A stretch of 64,000 nucleotides of DNA from Dudresnaya verticillata (Eukaryota): NCBI GenBank assembly GCA_977862235.1, contig OZ374558.1, positions 682,001 through 746,000 on the forward strand, read 5' to 3'. Positions 23,508 to 34,243 of the stretch are shown one piece after another (positions within the stretch are counted from its first letter, which is position 1; each line of letters starts with the position of its first letter). Below the pieces are notes generated by a model. That model did no database searches, had not been told where the DNA came from, and worked only from the letters and a program-made list of their open reading frames with translations. A program made the translations under genes and the position numbers.

Positions 23508-24201
23508 TGTGGCGAAGTGAGCCGTGGCGCGCATGCGGCGCACCGACGGCGAGCCAACCATAACGGATGATGTGGCAATACGCCACGCTGGTGATCTGGC
23601 AACGTGTAACCGTGTCGGTTGTGTGCGCATTACTGTGCACTGGTACGCATCGCTGTACTGTAAATGGAGCGCACCAACCGTAGCGGAGTATTTGTGGTAT
23701 TTATTCTTTATTTTTAGTGAGTATCTATACAGTGTGTAGAGTAGTACGCCAGCCAATGAGAATGCTGCGCATGTCCGTGTCGGAGATTGGGACCAGCCAG
23801 CCGATTCCACCATAGGACTCGACCACTAGGGTCTGGCCCCCACGGACCGGACCGCTCGGTGCCACCCTGACTTGTATATCAGGGCGGCCCCGCAGCGGCT
23901 CCTTGGGTAAACGGGCAAGCAACCCTTGAGCCTCAATACCACTGTAGCTCTTTCCTTTACGGTTTTCCCCGCGCCGAGCCCGTTGCGGTCCACCACCACC
24001 ACCGTTACGCAGTCCGTCCAGGCACTTGTACCACCCCCTTGTCTGTTGCTTCCCAATATCCGTTTCGGTTAGCCGCTCGCTGTTCTCCCGTCTCGGTGCG
24101 AACTGCCCTGCCACCCCGTGGAAGTAGTGTCGCTCTCGTCCCTTGTAGGAAAGTCAGGCTAGCTGTCCGTTACGGAGTTCGTGGGTTTTCACTACACCAC
24201 A
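23508..24201 (+). repeat. 3' LTR of element C
   Basis: TGTGGCG...CACCACA, preceded by the PPT and followed by the TSD GCGGA. Confidence 0.95.
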
Positions 24202-24803
24202 GCGGAATCGCGATCGTCGAGTCGCATAGCCAACGAAATTAGCGGCAATGATGCTAACGAGCGCATGGGCAAAGTCAGAAGGTAGACGGGCTTGGCGGAG
24301 GTTTACTGAGTCGTCTCCTAACGGGTTTCCTTTGTAGTACTGCTCCTGCTAGAGCGACGGCGGCGGTGCCGCGGCTCGCGGGAAATCAAACACGTGTCGT
24401 CCCAGAGTGAGTCTGACAAGTGCCCTAGAATGCAGCCGCGCACCTGACAGATTTATCTACACCGCGGCGCACATAAAGCGGATGATTAAACTTACACGTG
24501 GGTACGTGCCGCCCTTATAGATGCATACCACGTGATTTTGTCAGCCGCATGTTGGCCCGGTTGCGGCTATGCTGGTGACGAGTGTGCCACGTGTCCGCAT
24601 ATACCGCGTGTGGTGCGTGTCACTCGTAGGAAACCGGCGGTGCCGTAATCCATGCCTAAGGAGATATTTACAGGGAAGTGTGAGCGAGTTCGCGCCCAAA
24701 TCCAGATCTTGAACGCTGGCGGCGAAACCCCGAGGGCGGTAGAGGTCCGTACGACACGGTATAACTGCGCCTAGGGCGGTATTGAGGTCGGCACTGTAAG
24801 AGG

Positions 24804-25404
24804 CATTCAAATGATGAGTGTCAAAAAGCTCCCGTCTGCCATTGGAAATTTGCATAAGCACGTGTCGGAAAAGGTTTCTAAGAATCATAAATGGCAAGTA
24901 GAACATCACAACAAAAAGATCAATCTGGTCTCTCCCAACTTCATAATTGGAGATTATGTGTTAGTCCGGCGAGCACAATACAAAGGGCATAAGATGAAGC
25001 TTCGATGGCTTGGCGCAAGAACTATTACCGATGTCATAAGTGATTTCATATATGATGTTAAGGGTTTAAAAGATGGAAACCCCGAAAGAGTACATGTTGC
25101 ACGTCTTATGAAATATGGAGCTGAAATGGATGTTGTTACAGTCTCTCCGTAATTGATGGCACAAGTAGAACACCTTGAGGCGAAGTATGAATTTTTCGAA
25201 CATCTACTAGAAAAAGGAAAGGCACATGACGGCTTATTCATTCAAGTCGAATGGATGGATTGCCTGAGAATTGTGATTGGATGTGAAACTCCATTGAACA
25301 ACTATATGATGATGTGCCTGAAAAAGGTACTGAAGTTTTTAACTACAACGAAGAAAAAAGTCCTCGCCAAGAAAGCTTTGGACAAACTGAACATTGTCAT
25401 ATAG
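24804..25404 (+). pseudogene. pol: Decayed gypsy pol, 3' part of element A: integrase C-terminus and chromodomain-like tail
   Basis: In-frame continuation of 11124-11299; FIIGDYVLV, KMKLRWLG, VHVARL, FIQVEW. Confidence 0.85.
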
Positions 25405-27253
25405 AAATTAAATACCATACTATTTCATCGGGCACTGTGAACAATGTTGCAATACAACTATATTATTTGTTTGACGTACATGATATATGTTGTATACACT
25501 TGCTTCCTTGCGGAAGCATCTAAGTGGAAATTGACAGCAGTTATTGTATCCTTGTCATATAAGAAATCACTTGAGTATTGATGCTGAACTGCAATATGAC
25601 TGAACTAAACTCGCACGCTAAGAGTGTGGAAGAACAAAAGATGGTCGCTGTACCCACGCAGAGCGCTATGCGAGAGAGATAGTAATGTGAACTGACTTCG
25701 TTTATACCTTCGTGTATGCTTTCCCTCCAAGCCCGCCGCACTGCTATCGCTCTGCGACGCAGTACAGAAGCCAAAGAGAGGGATAAAACAAAACGCATAC
25801 CCTCGCAAGCCCCCAGGCGTCGCTTCGTCTTTTGCTCCTGAAGTAGCCGCCGACGCCCACGAGCTTGTCGCACTAACTCTTGCATTTCCCCTTGTTAAAT
25901 TCACGCTTGCTCGGGTGCACTATCGGGTGCACTATCGGACGAATGAGTGCCATGTGCATTTCTCGTGACCCTTCCGGTTGCCTAAAAAATGCCAGCTTTC
26001 TTTCTCCTTCTGAGCTTTCGCATGCCGGCACGGCAAGGCACCAGCTGTACAGCAATGTAAGCTGGACCTGCCCCACTGGGCCACAGTGCATTACATAGTG
26101 TACCTTCATTGCTTCATTGTCGTGTCGCGACGGCTCTCAACCACAAGTATCGTGTATGGTTAGCTTTTAAGGAAAAGGTAAATGTAATAGATTATCTCTA
26201 GTATTAGCTAGTTGGGTATAAATAGAGGCATAGAAAAGTGCCTCTGATAAGCTAGGTATCTGATCGCGGACATAGTGAAGAGACCATTTAACCAAAACCT
26301 ACGAGAGAGTGTCCAATAACATCTCTAAAGAACATTGACACTGATAACAAACGCGCATGCAATGCAAACCATCAATGATTTTGTTACCTCTCACTTTCCT
26401 TAGAGTACTTTCCTGCCCTTTTTCTGCAGTTTCCTCGGGGCGAATGTTTGTGTGGATGTGGTTCTTATCAGAATAGGGATGCTTGCAGAAAATAAATCCT
26501 GTGTGATCATCCTGCACTGTCAACGGATGCCAGCGCAAGTTGTTCAATGCTATTTTTGTTATTGAGAATATTTTTGTTAAACCTGTACATGTGTATAACT
26601 ACTGTCTAGGTTAGCACCTAGACTATCCGTTGAGGAACAATCGTTCGTGTAATACAAACGGCTTGGAGGATGGTTCTGGCAGGATGTTGTGAACTTTATT
26701 TCTGCTCGCCGGGGCACCTTGGCGAGCCGATGGAACGCGACGTGCTCTTCACCAAGCTCAGCTCACAGGTATTGCGAACTACCGCAAAAACATTAACCGT
26801 GGCCGCTTCGACTTGTCCTCTTCTGGAGGGTATTTCCCAGATCTTCTTTCAAGCATGATTGAAGTCGCCCTTCCCCCCATTACAATCCATCAATGTGTTT
26901 GTTACCTCTTGCTTTTTGACGGAGTGCTTTTCTGCGGGGTTCTGCACTTTTCTGGCAGTGCACGCTTGTGTCTTTTTCTGGTTCGCGTTCTCGAACGGCA
27001 CCCTGGACGACGAACCTATGGCGCGTGGCGATCCAGAGTGGCGCCCTGACTGCAGCGCGGGCGGGCGGGTGGTGCTAGGGAAGGTGTGCACCGGTAGCAA
27101 CCGGCAACGACGACGACGAGATGCGGATGCTTTGGTGATTGTGCCGTGGACTCGTGGTCCACGCAATGCTGGAATGGTAGAGCATGTTGGCGACGTGCGA
27201 CACGAGTGTTTCCTTTGGCTACATGAATGCATGTTTTGCTGATTTACAGTGCT

Positions 27254-27279
27254 TGTGTGTGTGTGTGTGTGTGTGTGTG
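27254..27279. repeat. (TG)13 microsatellite, followed by degenerate TG/CG tracts to ~27365
   Basis: Direct read. Confidence 0.95.
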
Positions 27280-28582
27280 AGTGAGTGCAGACTGTGTTTG
27301 GGAGCTTGGCGGAGCAAGCGCGTGTGAGCGTGTATGCGTGTGCGTGTATGCGTATGCGTGTGCGAGCGGGTGGGCGACCGATCAGGATGGGGCAGAGTTG
27401 TGAGCGAGCACGCGGTGGGAAGGCTGAGGCTCCGCAGAGCATCTTATCGGAAATGGCGGCTACAGAAGGATTACGCATTTGCGAAATATTAATGAATCAC
27501 AAAGACCTCATAGAGGCGCACGTATGGTCACCGAGTGTAAGGCGACCCTTTCTTATCTCCAATAAAGCGGGGCAGTCGTACTTGTCGTAAACAATAGGTA
27601 AGGATGCGTGCTGCTTGTGCTTCTGCATTAAAATGCTTGTAGTAATGTACATTGCAGATCACCACGAGCGACGCCCTGCGAGTCATCCGTCGTATATGCC
27701 TCGAAGGCTCGCTGCCCAGAAGAGGTGCCCACCCACCACCACAACTCCATTCTTATTTGTGCTACTCCCCGTCCTCCGAAAGCACGTGTGCCAGCAAATG
27801 GGGCAGAGTTGCCCACACAGGACCACGTAAAACAACAAATAAAATACAATAACACTACGGTATCCAGAGCATTCCGTATGGGGAATATCACAAGACGGAG
27901 ATGGATCGGATCTCCGACGGAGATACCTAATGCCACAAGCGCGTTCCGTGGCAATAGGTTAGGCCGAAATCGACCAGCGGGCACGGTATTGAGGAGTGGC
28001 AGGTTGGGTCGAGTAGGTAGAGAATATGGTGCTTGCTGTGTGTTTTCTGTTCCAACTTCATTGCTAGAGTCGGATCGTTTACTCTAGGCTGCAGTACCTA
28101 TAGATGATGTGTTCTGTGTAAACCTGCGTAAACCGCAGGCATGTGTATAAAGCACATTACAACAAAAGACGGGTTCTCTATAACAATTACATCAAGACAC
28201 AATGAATGCACAGTACTGTAGTGCGCAAATGCAGAAAGATGAACATAAGTGAAGCCAGGTACAGTAGAGACGGATTGTAAGGCACGAATAGCTTGATAAA
28301 AAGCCACAGGATTGTTCACCATAGCAAGAGAATCCTGTAAGGATAGGAAGACCTCGTCGTGAGAGGAGTATTCTAACCATAAAGTAATATTGCAGCAGAT
28401 ATATGCGTATCTCTGCTGTCAATGGAAATAAGCCAGAGAAGCAAACTACGCACAGCTATACGAGATTTGTCGCAACTGCCGTTTGCATATCAAAAGGCCG
28501 TTTGCCTTGCATGCAGGCTGCACGGTGCACGTATCATTTATAGGAAAGGACAGGTACCTTCTGTTCCATGCCCTCTCTCTCC

Positions 28583-28588
28583 TATAAA
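28583..28588 (+). promoter_or_regulatory. Candidate TATA box of the secreted GDPH protein gene
   Basis: TATAAA ~150 bp upstream of ATG 28737. Confidence 0.45.
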
Positions 28589-28736
28589 GGCGCAAATCTG
28601 CACTTGCTTCCCAACCCTTCACTTTCGACTGCACCAGTTTGCAAACATCAACAAACTAATCTTCACTTGTGTCCACCACCAAAAAAAACCAGCAACCGCC
28701 AACTCCACACCCATTCACACGTACATTGTCGTACCC

Positions 28737-29783
28737 ATGGCAGTCCCTCTCCCCTACCCACCTGTCCTTCTCCTTGCTCTCTTCCTTGCCGCCCCGGCTC
28801 TCGCCTCCCCGGGAACCTGCACGTGCAGTATCAGTACTGAGGTCGTAAGCATCCCCGGTCTCTTCAAAAAAAAAGAAGCCTGCAATATCGTGAAGCAAAA
28901 TTGCGGCATGGTGGATGACCAGTGCAACCAGGGCTACAAGTGTAACAGCAACAATGGCTGCACGGCGGAAATAACGAAAAAGGAGACCACCAGGGTAAAT
29001 TCTAAATTCTTTTCCGTGTGCATAGGCAAGTGCGGAGCCTCGTTCGGCTGCACAAAGATTCCCGGTGGAAGGGGTGACCCGCACATGACCGGCTTCGATC
29101 AGTCCCGCTTCGATTTTCATGGCGTCCACGGGCGCCATTACGTCTTCTTCGGCCGCCAGGGGGGCGATTTGCTCGTTGCGAAGATGCGCCAGTCCAGCCT
29201 TTACTCAAAACACGGCATCGCGAAGACGTTTTTCGATCAGTTCGGGCTCCAGCTCACGGGCTCTGCACGCCGGGTTGTCCTCGCTTTCGTCAAAGAAACA
29301 TCTCGGGGAAAACCGCGCTGGGTTCCGGACGTGCGTGTGGATGATGTCCGTGTCGAAAAAAATTTCACAGAGGAAGGCCTTTCTGTAAGGTTCGACAAGA
29401 AGCAAAAATCCGTGTCAATTGATACCAAGGAAACGTCATTTTCTTTCCATGCAATGAGTCTGATGAGCAAGTCTCGACACTGGGATGTCTTTGTCTCAGT
29501 GTCAAAGCTTGTGGAGCGAGGAATGTATCTCGGGGTTTTGGGCGTCACGCTAAACAAAAAGCTTGGTGTCCAACTTCACCCGGACTTAGATAATACGGAT
29601 CGGAGCAGAACGAAGAAGGAGACTGCCATGCGCAGCCGGTTTGAAGTCGATTCCTTGCTTCCGGATGGCATTGGCAATGTGGACCGCCTCAGTGGGGTGG
29701 TCAGGACCCTTCAGACTGTCGTGAGATCGCACCAGCCGACTGGGCATAACCTCTTGAAGCTTGAAGCCAAGGCACGTTCATAG
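28737..29783 (+). CDS. Secreted protein (348 aa): signal peptide, Cys-rich N-terminal module, GDPH-initiated VWD-like (root-cap/LEA-like) domain
   Basis: MAVPLPYPPVLLLALFLAAPALA signal-like start, 10 Cys in the next ~80 aa, then GDPHMTGFDQSRFDFHG. Single exon. ATG 28737 is preferred over 28422 because of the signal peptide and TATA box. Confidence 0.85.
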   Translation: MAVPLPYPPVLLLALFLAAPALASPGTCTCSISTEVVSIPGLFKKKEACNIVKQNCGMVDDQCNQGYKCNSNNGCTAEITKKETTRVNSKFFSVCIGKCGASFGCTKIPGGRGDPHMTGFDQSRFDFHGVHGRHYVFFGRQGGDLLVAKMRQSSLYSKHGIAKTFFDQFGLQLTGSARRVVLAFVKETSRGKPRWVPDVRVDDVRVEKNFTEEGLSVRFDKKQKSVSIDTKETSFSFHAMSLMSKSRHWDVFVSVSKLVERGMYLGVLGVTLNKKLGVQLHPDLDNTDRSRTKKETAMRSRFEVDSLLPDGIGNVDRLSGVVRTLQTVVRSHQPTGHNLLKLEAKARS

Positions 29784-31996
29784 TATGTGTCAGTGGACCG
29801 AGTTAACGACGTTGAAATTTATTGAGGACCGAGTTAGTGATGGTTCGGATTCAAATAGTTGATTAGTTGGTGTCAATGAAAATCGGGCTGGCGGTAGTTC
29901 TGAGCATTTGGGGAGAGAATCGTGGTGTCATTCCCGCTGCATAAGGGCAAGAACTGAGCAAAGTGCGCAGCATACGGGAATGGTATTTTTAGACGAAGTA
30001 CTACAAGGTCATGGTGGTTTTTGGTGATGGGATGCCTCCCTCTAGAGACATAGGATTTTATCTAAATTTGTTGCAGTTCGTGGGGCATGTCTTTTCATAC
30101 GGTCGTTCAAGGGTAGATAAACGGGCATGGCCTCTTCCTCGAATGACAATGAACGAACTCGACGAAAACCTCTCTATTCCCTCGTACAACCTGGTCTGAT
30201 AAAGCAGCATGAGCGGGCTTTTAGGCAAATATGAGCATTGTGCTCTCTTCCATTAATCTTGACGGTGCCAGAACAAGACACTCCCGAAGAACTCCTCTTC
30301 GGGCTGCACAGAACTTGGGGACCTGATCATGATGTTTTACTTCTTCAAGTTTAACGTTCTGCCAGCCTTGTCAATTCCAGAAGCTTGAGCAGGAATTGTT
30401 CCTGCTGGCCTTCATAGGCCTGGGTTGAGTAGATAACTGCATTCTGTTGTTGATCGGCTGAATGATTCAGATACGCAAAAGAATTTAATGGGGGCCATCA
30501 CTTTTTGATCGACAAGAAGCTTGACAGAATAAATGCTATCACAAGAATGGCGATGGCAAGATAAGACCAGATTGCTGCTGCATTGCATGCTAAATGACCA
30601 ACGCAGATAGCGTTTTTATAAACGAAACCAGACCCAGACATATTTGTGGACGAGCCAAAGGGTAAAAGTTCACTAAGTCATAAGTCATATTAATGCTCCG
30701 GGCCGTATTCAAAAACATCCTACGCATTCTCTCTTCTTCTACGGATGGGGAAATGAGGGGGATACAAATAATTTCACTAAGCGAGAAGAGTAACAAAAGG
30801 TACTGAGCGTACAAATTGGTGCAAGATTGAGACTTAATGATAACGAGGGATTATGGTGCACACTCTTTTGAGGTAGTTTCAACCTCTATTATTTTCTGTG
30901 TGCTCTGATGGAGTTGAAAAGTATTCTGGGGGAGTAAGAGACTATCGTCAACAAAAACTAAATATCTGAGTGCGAAATTAGTGCTGTGGGCTTGGGACTT
31001 GAGGGGACATGTTTGACCCACTGAAGGAAAGCGGAACATGAACGGAATTGATCTTAAGGAGAGAAGATGTACTGACTTCCCAGTGATTTTAATTGATGAG
31101 TGTGGCAATGGAGAGAAGTTCGTCCCTGTCGCAAAACTCTGAGAGTGTGTCGCGCAAAATACCAAGACACAATAGGCATCTCTTTATTCGCAAGGTGGGC
31201 ATTGGTATTATGTCTAACCCCGTGGTCAATGAAATTGTGCTGATAAACCATACTTTTGAGCATTGGAACGCTAAGGAGGCAAGAAGTCTTCTTAGCGCGA
31301 ATTATCTTAGCACAAATTACCAGAATGCCCCGGCGTTCCAAAAAAGCAGAGTTTCCTTTGTCGGCATGATTGAGAGAGGAGGATGTCGAGAGCTATGTTG
31401 ATATTGTGCAATAGCTACGGAATATCTACGCAGTATGTTGCTGTTCCCCCTATTTATTCATCATGATACTGCTCCCTCTCAATGACAATGATGCGAAATT
31501 TCTTTATCATCAGAAAGGTACTAGCTGCTCGCGACGGTCCCGGCATTATTATTGAGGCCTCTTCGCCGCCTTATTCTTCCGATTATTGCCAACCAATAAA
31601 AAAAGAAAAAAAAACAGAGAATTATTCACGGACGGATGCCCCGCCGACGTATTGAGTCTGCATCAGTCGCCGATGCCGGCGATACCGAACCCGCTCCGAC
31701 CTCGCCACCCTGAGCCTCGAGCATGCCGCTTCCGTGTGCCTGACCCTCCCCTCTCACAACGACCGACGCTTATCGGTACCCGCCGTTTCTAACAAAAGAC
31801 TCTCTCCCATCCTCCTGCGCCAAGAAACTTTACTCTTCGTTGCTACGCTCTTGTACTTCCCTTGCCTGCTCCCGGGCCTGTCTCAAGCCGTGGTGAAGCC
31901 GCCAATCCCAACTCTTCTGCTATCTACGTCCGCTCACCCACACCTCCCGCTCGCTCCAGCCCGTACAACCTGTCCTCCCACGCCTGTCCGTGACCC

Positions 31997-34243
31997 ATGC
32001 CCGAGGAGCAGAATGCCGTACCGGAGCGATTCGCCCGTCTAAAGCTGGGCCTGTTTGGCAACAGAGCCACCAGCCGCGATGCTCTTAACGCTCACATGAG
32101 CCACGCCCCGTGGTTTGGTGACGCCAGCCCTGCGGCAAGCCCATCAACACAAGAGGCTTCGCCGCTGACTTCGCAAAAACCGTCGATTATTCGCCATTCT
32201 CGATCGAAGCACCTCTCCGGAGCAATGCCAATGGGTTCCCTGCACCATCTCAACCGTGGAGACCACAGCAGCGGTGGCAAATTTTCGAAACGCGTACACA
32301 CTGTCGCTATTGATGCTAGCCACATCCCTTCGGAAGACCCGTTTCCCGTCGAACCACGCCGCCATCTTACCGACTTTGATGTGTCCTTGTTCATGGACGA
32401 ATCTCAGCCTGGCAGCCTACCTTCAGTAACTCTCGATCGTGAACCGGCATCAATGCCAGTTCTTCGACTGGCAGGAAACAAAAGTACTTCGTCTTCTCAA
32501 TCTGGCCATACCCAACTCGAAGCTGCGTACCCATTTGCATCAAGGGGTCGGCTCAACACTGCTGCAAGGAGTGTCCCTCCTGGAGATATGAGTACAGGTG
32601 AAATTGCATCTTCGAGCATACCAATTTCGGGACCACAAATCGGACAGTCCCGTCTTTCGGGTTCGCCTTCTGACATATCGAATTCTTCCGAGAGGCTGTC
32701 CTCAAGGCAAAGCTCTCCCAAGTCTGGATGCGGGGGAGTCCAGACAGTTGGCCGCATGCAATGCCATGTTGGCCCATGTGCAGATCTGAGGAATGTCCAG
32801 AAATCTAACTCTTCACAAAGAGGTAGTACACACAAGCCTCTCCCAAGTCTCTGTCCTAATGGCAACACATTGCGCAATGCAAGCTCCGAAAAAGAGGACA
32901 ACCAGGTCCTGGATTCTGAACGTCTCGCACACAGAGAAGACTTATTGAGGAACCTAGGGGGGTGTACGAGCAACTCTCTGGGCAGCAATGCTAGCTATTC
33001 CCATGTAGAGCAACTAGAAGACGGTGATTCCATTTCAGGGGAATCTCGGATGGCACTCAGAAAACTTCGTCGGACGCCCGAGAAACTGGAATCAAACCAT
33101 TCTTCCCGTAAGGACTACATGTTGCACAGTGAAGAAATGAAGAACTCTGTACTCACAAACTCTGAGTCAACATGTGCTTCCCCGGCAGAAATTCCAGGGA
33201 GAGAGGTGCTCACGCAGCAAGATCTGCGGACAAGTTCTGCGAAGAGGGACTTCTCGGCCCAAGCACTATCTCTGCCAAAAGAACAGAAGCATGCAGTTCC
33301 TCAGAAAGAGTATGAGAGTGCTCAGGTTGAATCGAATTGGAATGCTCAGAACCCCACGACGCCTTCTCGAATTTCTTTGGACAAGATTTCTAGCGCGCTG
33401 GTGGAGAGTAGAGAAGAGCAAATCAATGGTTCGGAGATAGGAAACTCGCCAGACCCGTCATCCAGTGCAGTCCAAAGGTTCTTCACTGACTTTAAGGGCT
33501 GGGGAGCACGGAGGCCTGAGAACCAATTTGTTGATGGTGGCATGGAGAGTCATGCTGGGCTGGGAACCGAAACTGCTGAGAAGAAAAACCACGGCAAGAG
33601 GCATGCTAAGAAGAGAGTTCCTGGTTGGAAGTTTCTCAAGAAAGGATCAGCTCTTCTATCTAAGATATCCAGAGTGAAGCATAAGAGTGGAGATCAAGGA
33701 AAACGTAACCTGGGCAACTTCGATGATCCACTCGAAGAGACAAGAGCAGGAGACAGGAACCCAAAGGTTATAGTGCCACCAAGCCGGGATGAAATCGCAC
33801 CTATTCCTGCACGTAAAACGGAAAGAGATATGCATCATGCATTTGAAGCATCCGACATCTCACATCGAACAAGTATTGTCAACGGAGGATCTAGAAGCCG
33901 GCACGGAAATAAGGTGTCGGATCCTGCACCTGCTGATGATTCAGGAGTAGGTTGGAAACAAGAAGAAGATGGGCAAATGCAAAGTCAGTACTCTCGCGCT
34001 ACATCAAATTTTAGTTGGGAGTCTCTTGGGGTTGAAGAAGAGCTCAAGGACACTCCAGAGAATTCTTGTGAGGAGGCAAGCAAATCCCGTCGCTTCAACA
34101 CAGACATCAAATACGCTGAAGATGGTTCTGAAGCATTGAAACGTTTCAACACAGATACGCATGCCAAGAAACAATACTTGGTTCAGGGAGGACATCGAAC
34201 GGCCCGAAAGACATCTGGTATTCGGACATGGCTGAAGAGATGA
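31997..34243 (+). CDS. Hypothetical 748-aa Ser-rich, probably largely disordered protein
   Basis: 2.2-kb uninterrupted ORF with ATG and a pyrimidine-rich leader. No domain recognised. Confidence 0.8.
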   Translation: MPEEQNAVPERFARLKLGLFGNRATSRDALNAHMSHAPWFGDASPAASPSTQEASPLTSQKPSIIRHSRSKHLSGAMPMGSLHHLNRGDHSSGGKFSKRVHTVAIDASHIPSEDPFPVEPRRHLTDFDVSLFMDESQPGSLPSVTLDREPASMPVLRLAGNKSTSSSQSGHTQLEAAYPFASRGRLNTAARSVPPGDMSTGEIASSSIPISGPQIGQSRLSGSPSDISNSSERLSSRQSSPKSGCGGVQTVGRMQCHVGPCADLRNVQKSNSSQRGSTHKPLPSLCPNGNTLRNASSEKEDNQVLDSERLAHREDLLRNLGGCTSNSLGSNASYSHVEQLEDGDSISGESRMALRKLRRTPEKLESNHSSRKDYMLHSEEMKNSVLTNSESTCASPAEIPGREVLTQQDLRTSSAKRDFSAQALSLPKEQKHAVPQKEYESAQVESNWNAQNPTTPSRISLDKISSALVESREEQINGSEIGNSPDPSSSAVQRFFTDFKGWGARRPENQFVDGGMESHAGLGTETAEKKNHGKRHAKKRVPGWKFLKKGSALLSKISRVKHKSGDQGKRNLGNFDDPLEETRAGDRNPKVIVPPSRDEIAPIPARKTERDMHHAFEASDISHRTSIVNGGSRSRHGNKVSDPAPADDSGVGWKQEEDGQMQSQYSRATSNFSWESLGVEEELKDTPENSCEEASKSRRFNTDIKYAEDGSEALKRFNTDTHAKKQYLVQGGHRTARKTSGIRTWLKR

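Larger units (their letters stand above)
11671..24201 (+). mobile_element. Near full-length, decayed chromodomain-bearing Ty3/gypsy retrotransposon ('element C'), TSD GCGGA
   Basis: Paired ~695-bp LTRs, PBS, PPT, and gag-PR-RT-RH-IN-chromodomain order. GCGGA at 11666-11670 and 24202-24206. Confidence 0.96.
11300..24798. mobile_element. Solo LTR (family B-related, ~963 bp = 11300-11670 + 24207-24798) split by the chromodomain element; TSD AGAGG
   Basis: Starts TGTAGTGC and ends GCACTGTA (decayed GCACTACA). AGAGG at 11295-11299 and 24799-24803. Removing it restores the element A frame ...YTIERVRG|IQMMSVKKL... Confidence 0.88.

Noticed and set aside
25436..26600. 3' LTR of element A
   Set aside because: A TG start follows pol, but there is no clear PPT, matching end, second copy or TSD, so it cannot be delimited.
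26670..27590. Overlapping ORFs around the TG microsatellite
   Set aside because: No recognisable product; the translations are driven by the repeat (HTHTHT, CACMRMRV).
28422..28736. N-terminal 105 aa of the 453-aa ORF
   Set aside because: Lies upstream of the signal peptide and spans a TATA box; probably promoter and 5' UTR.
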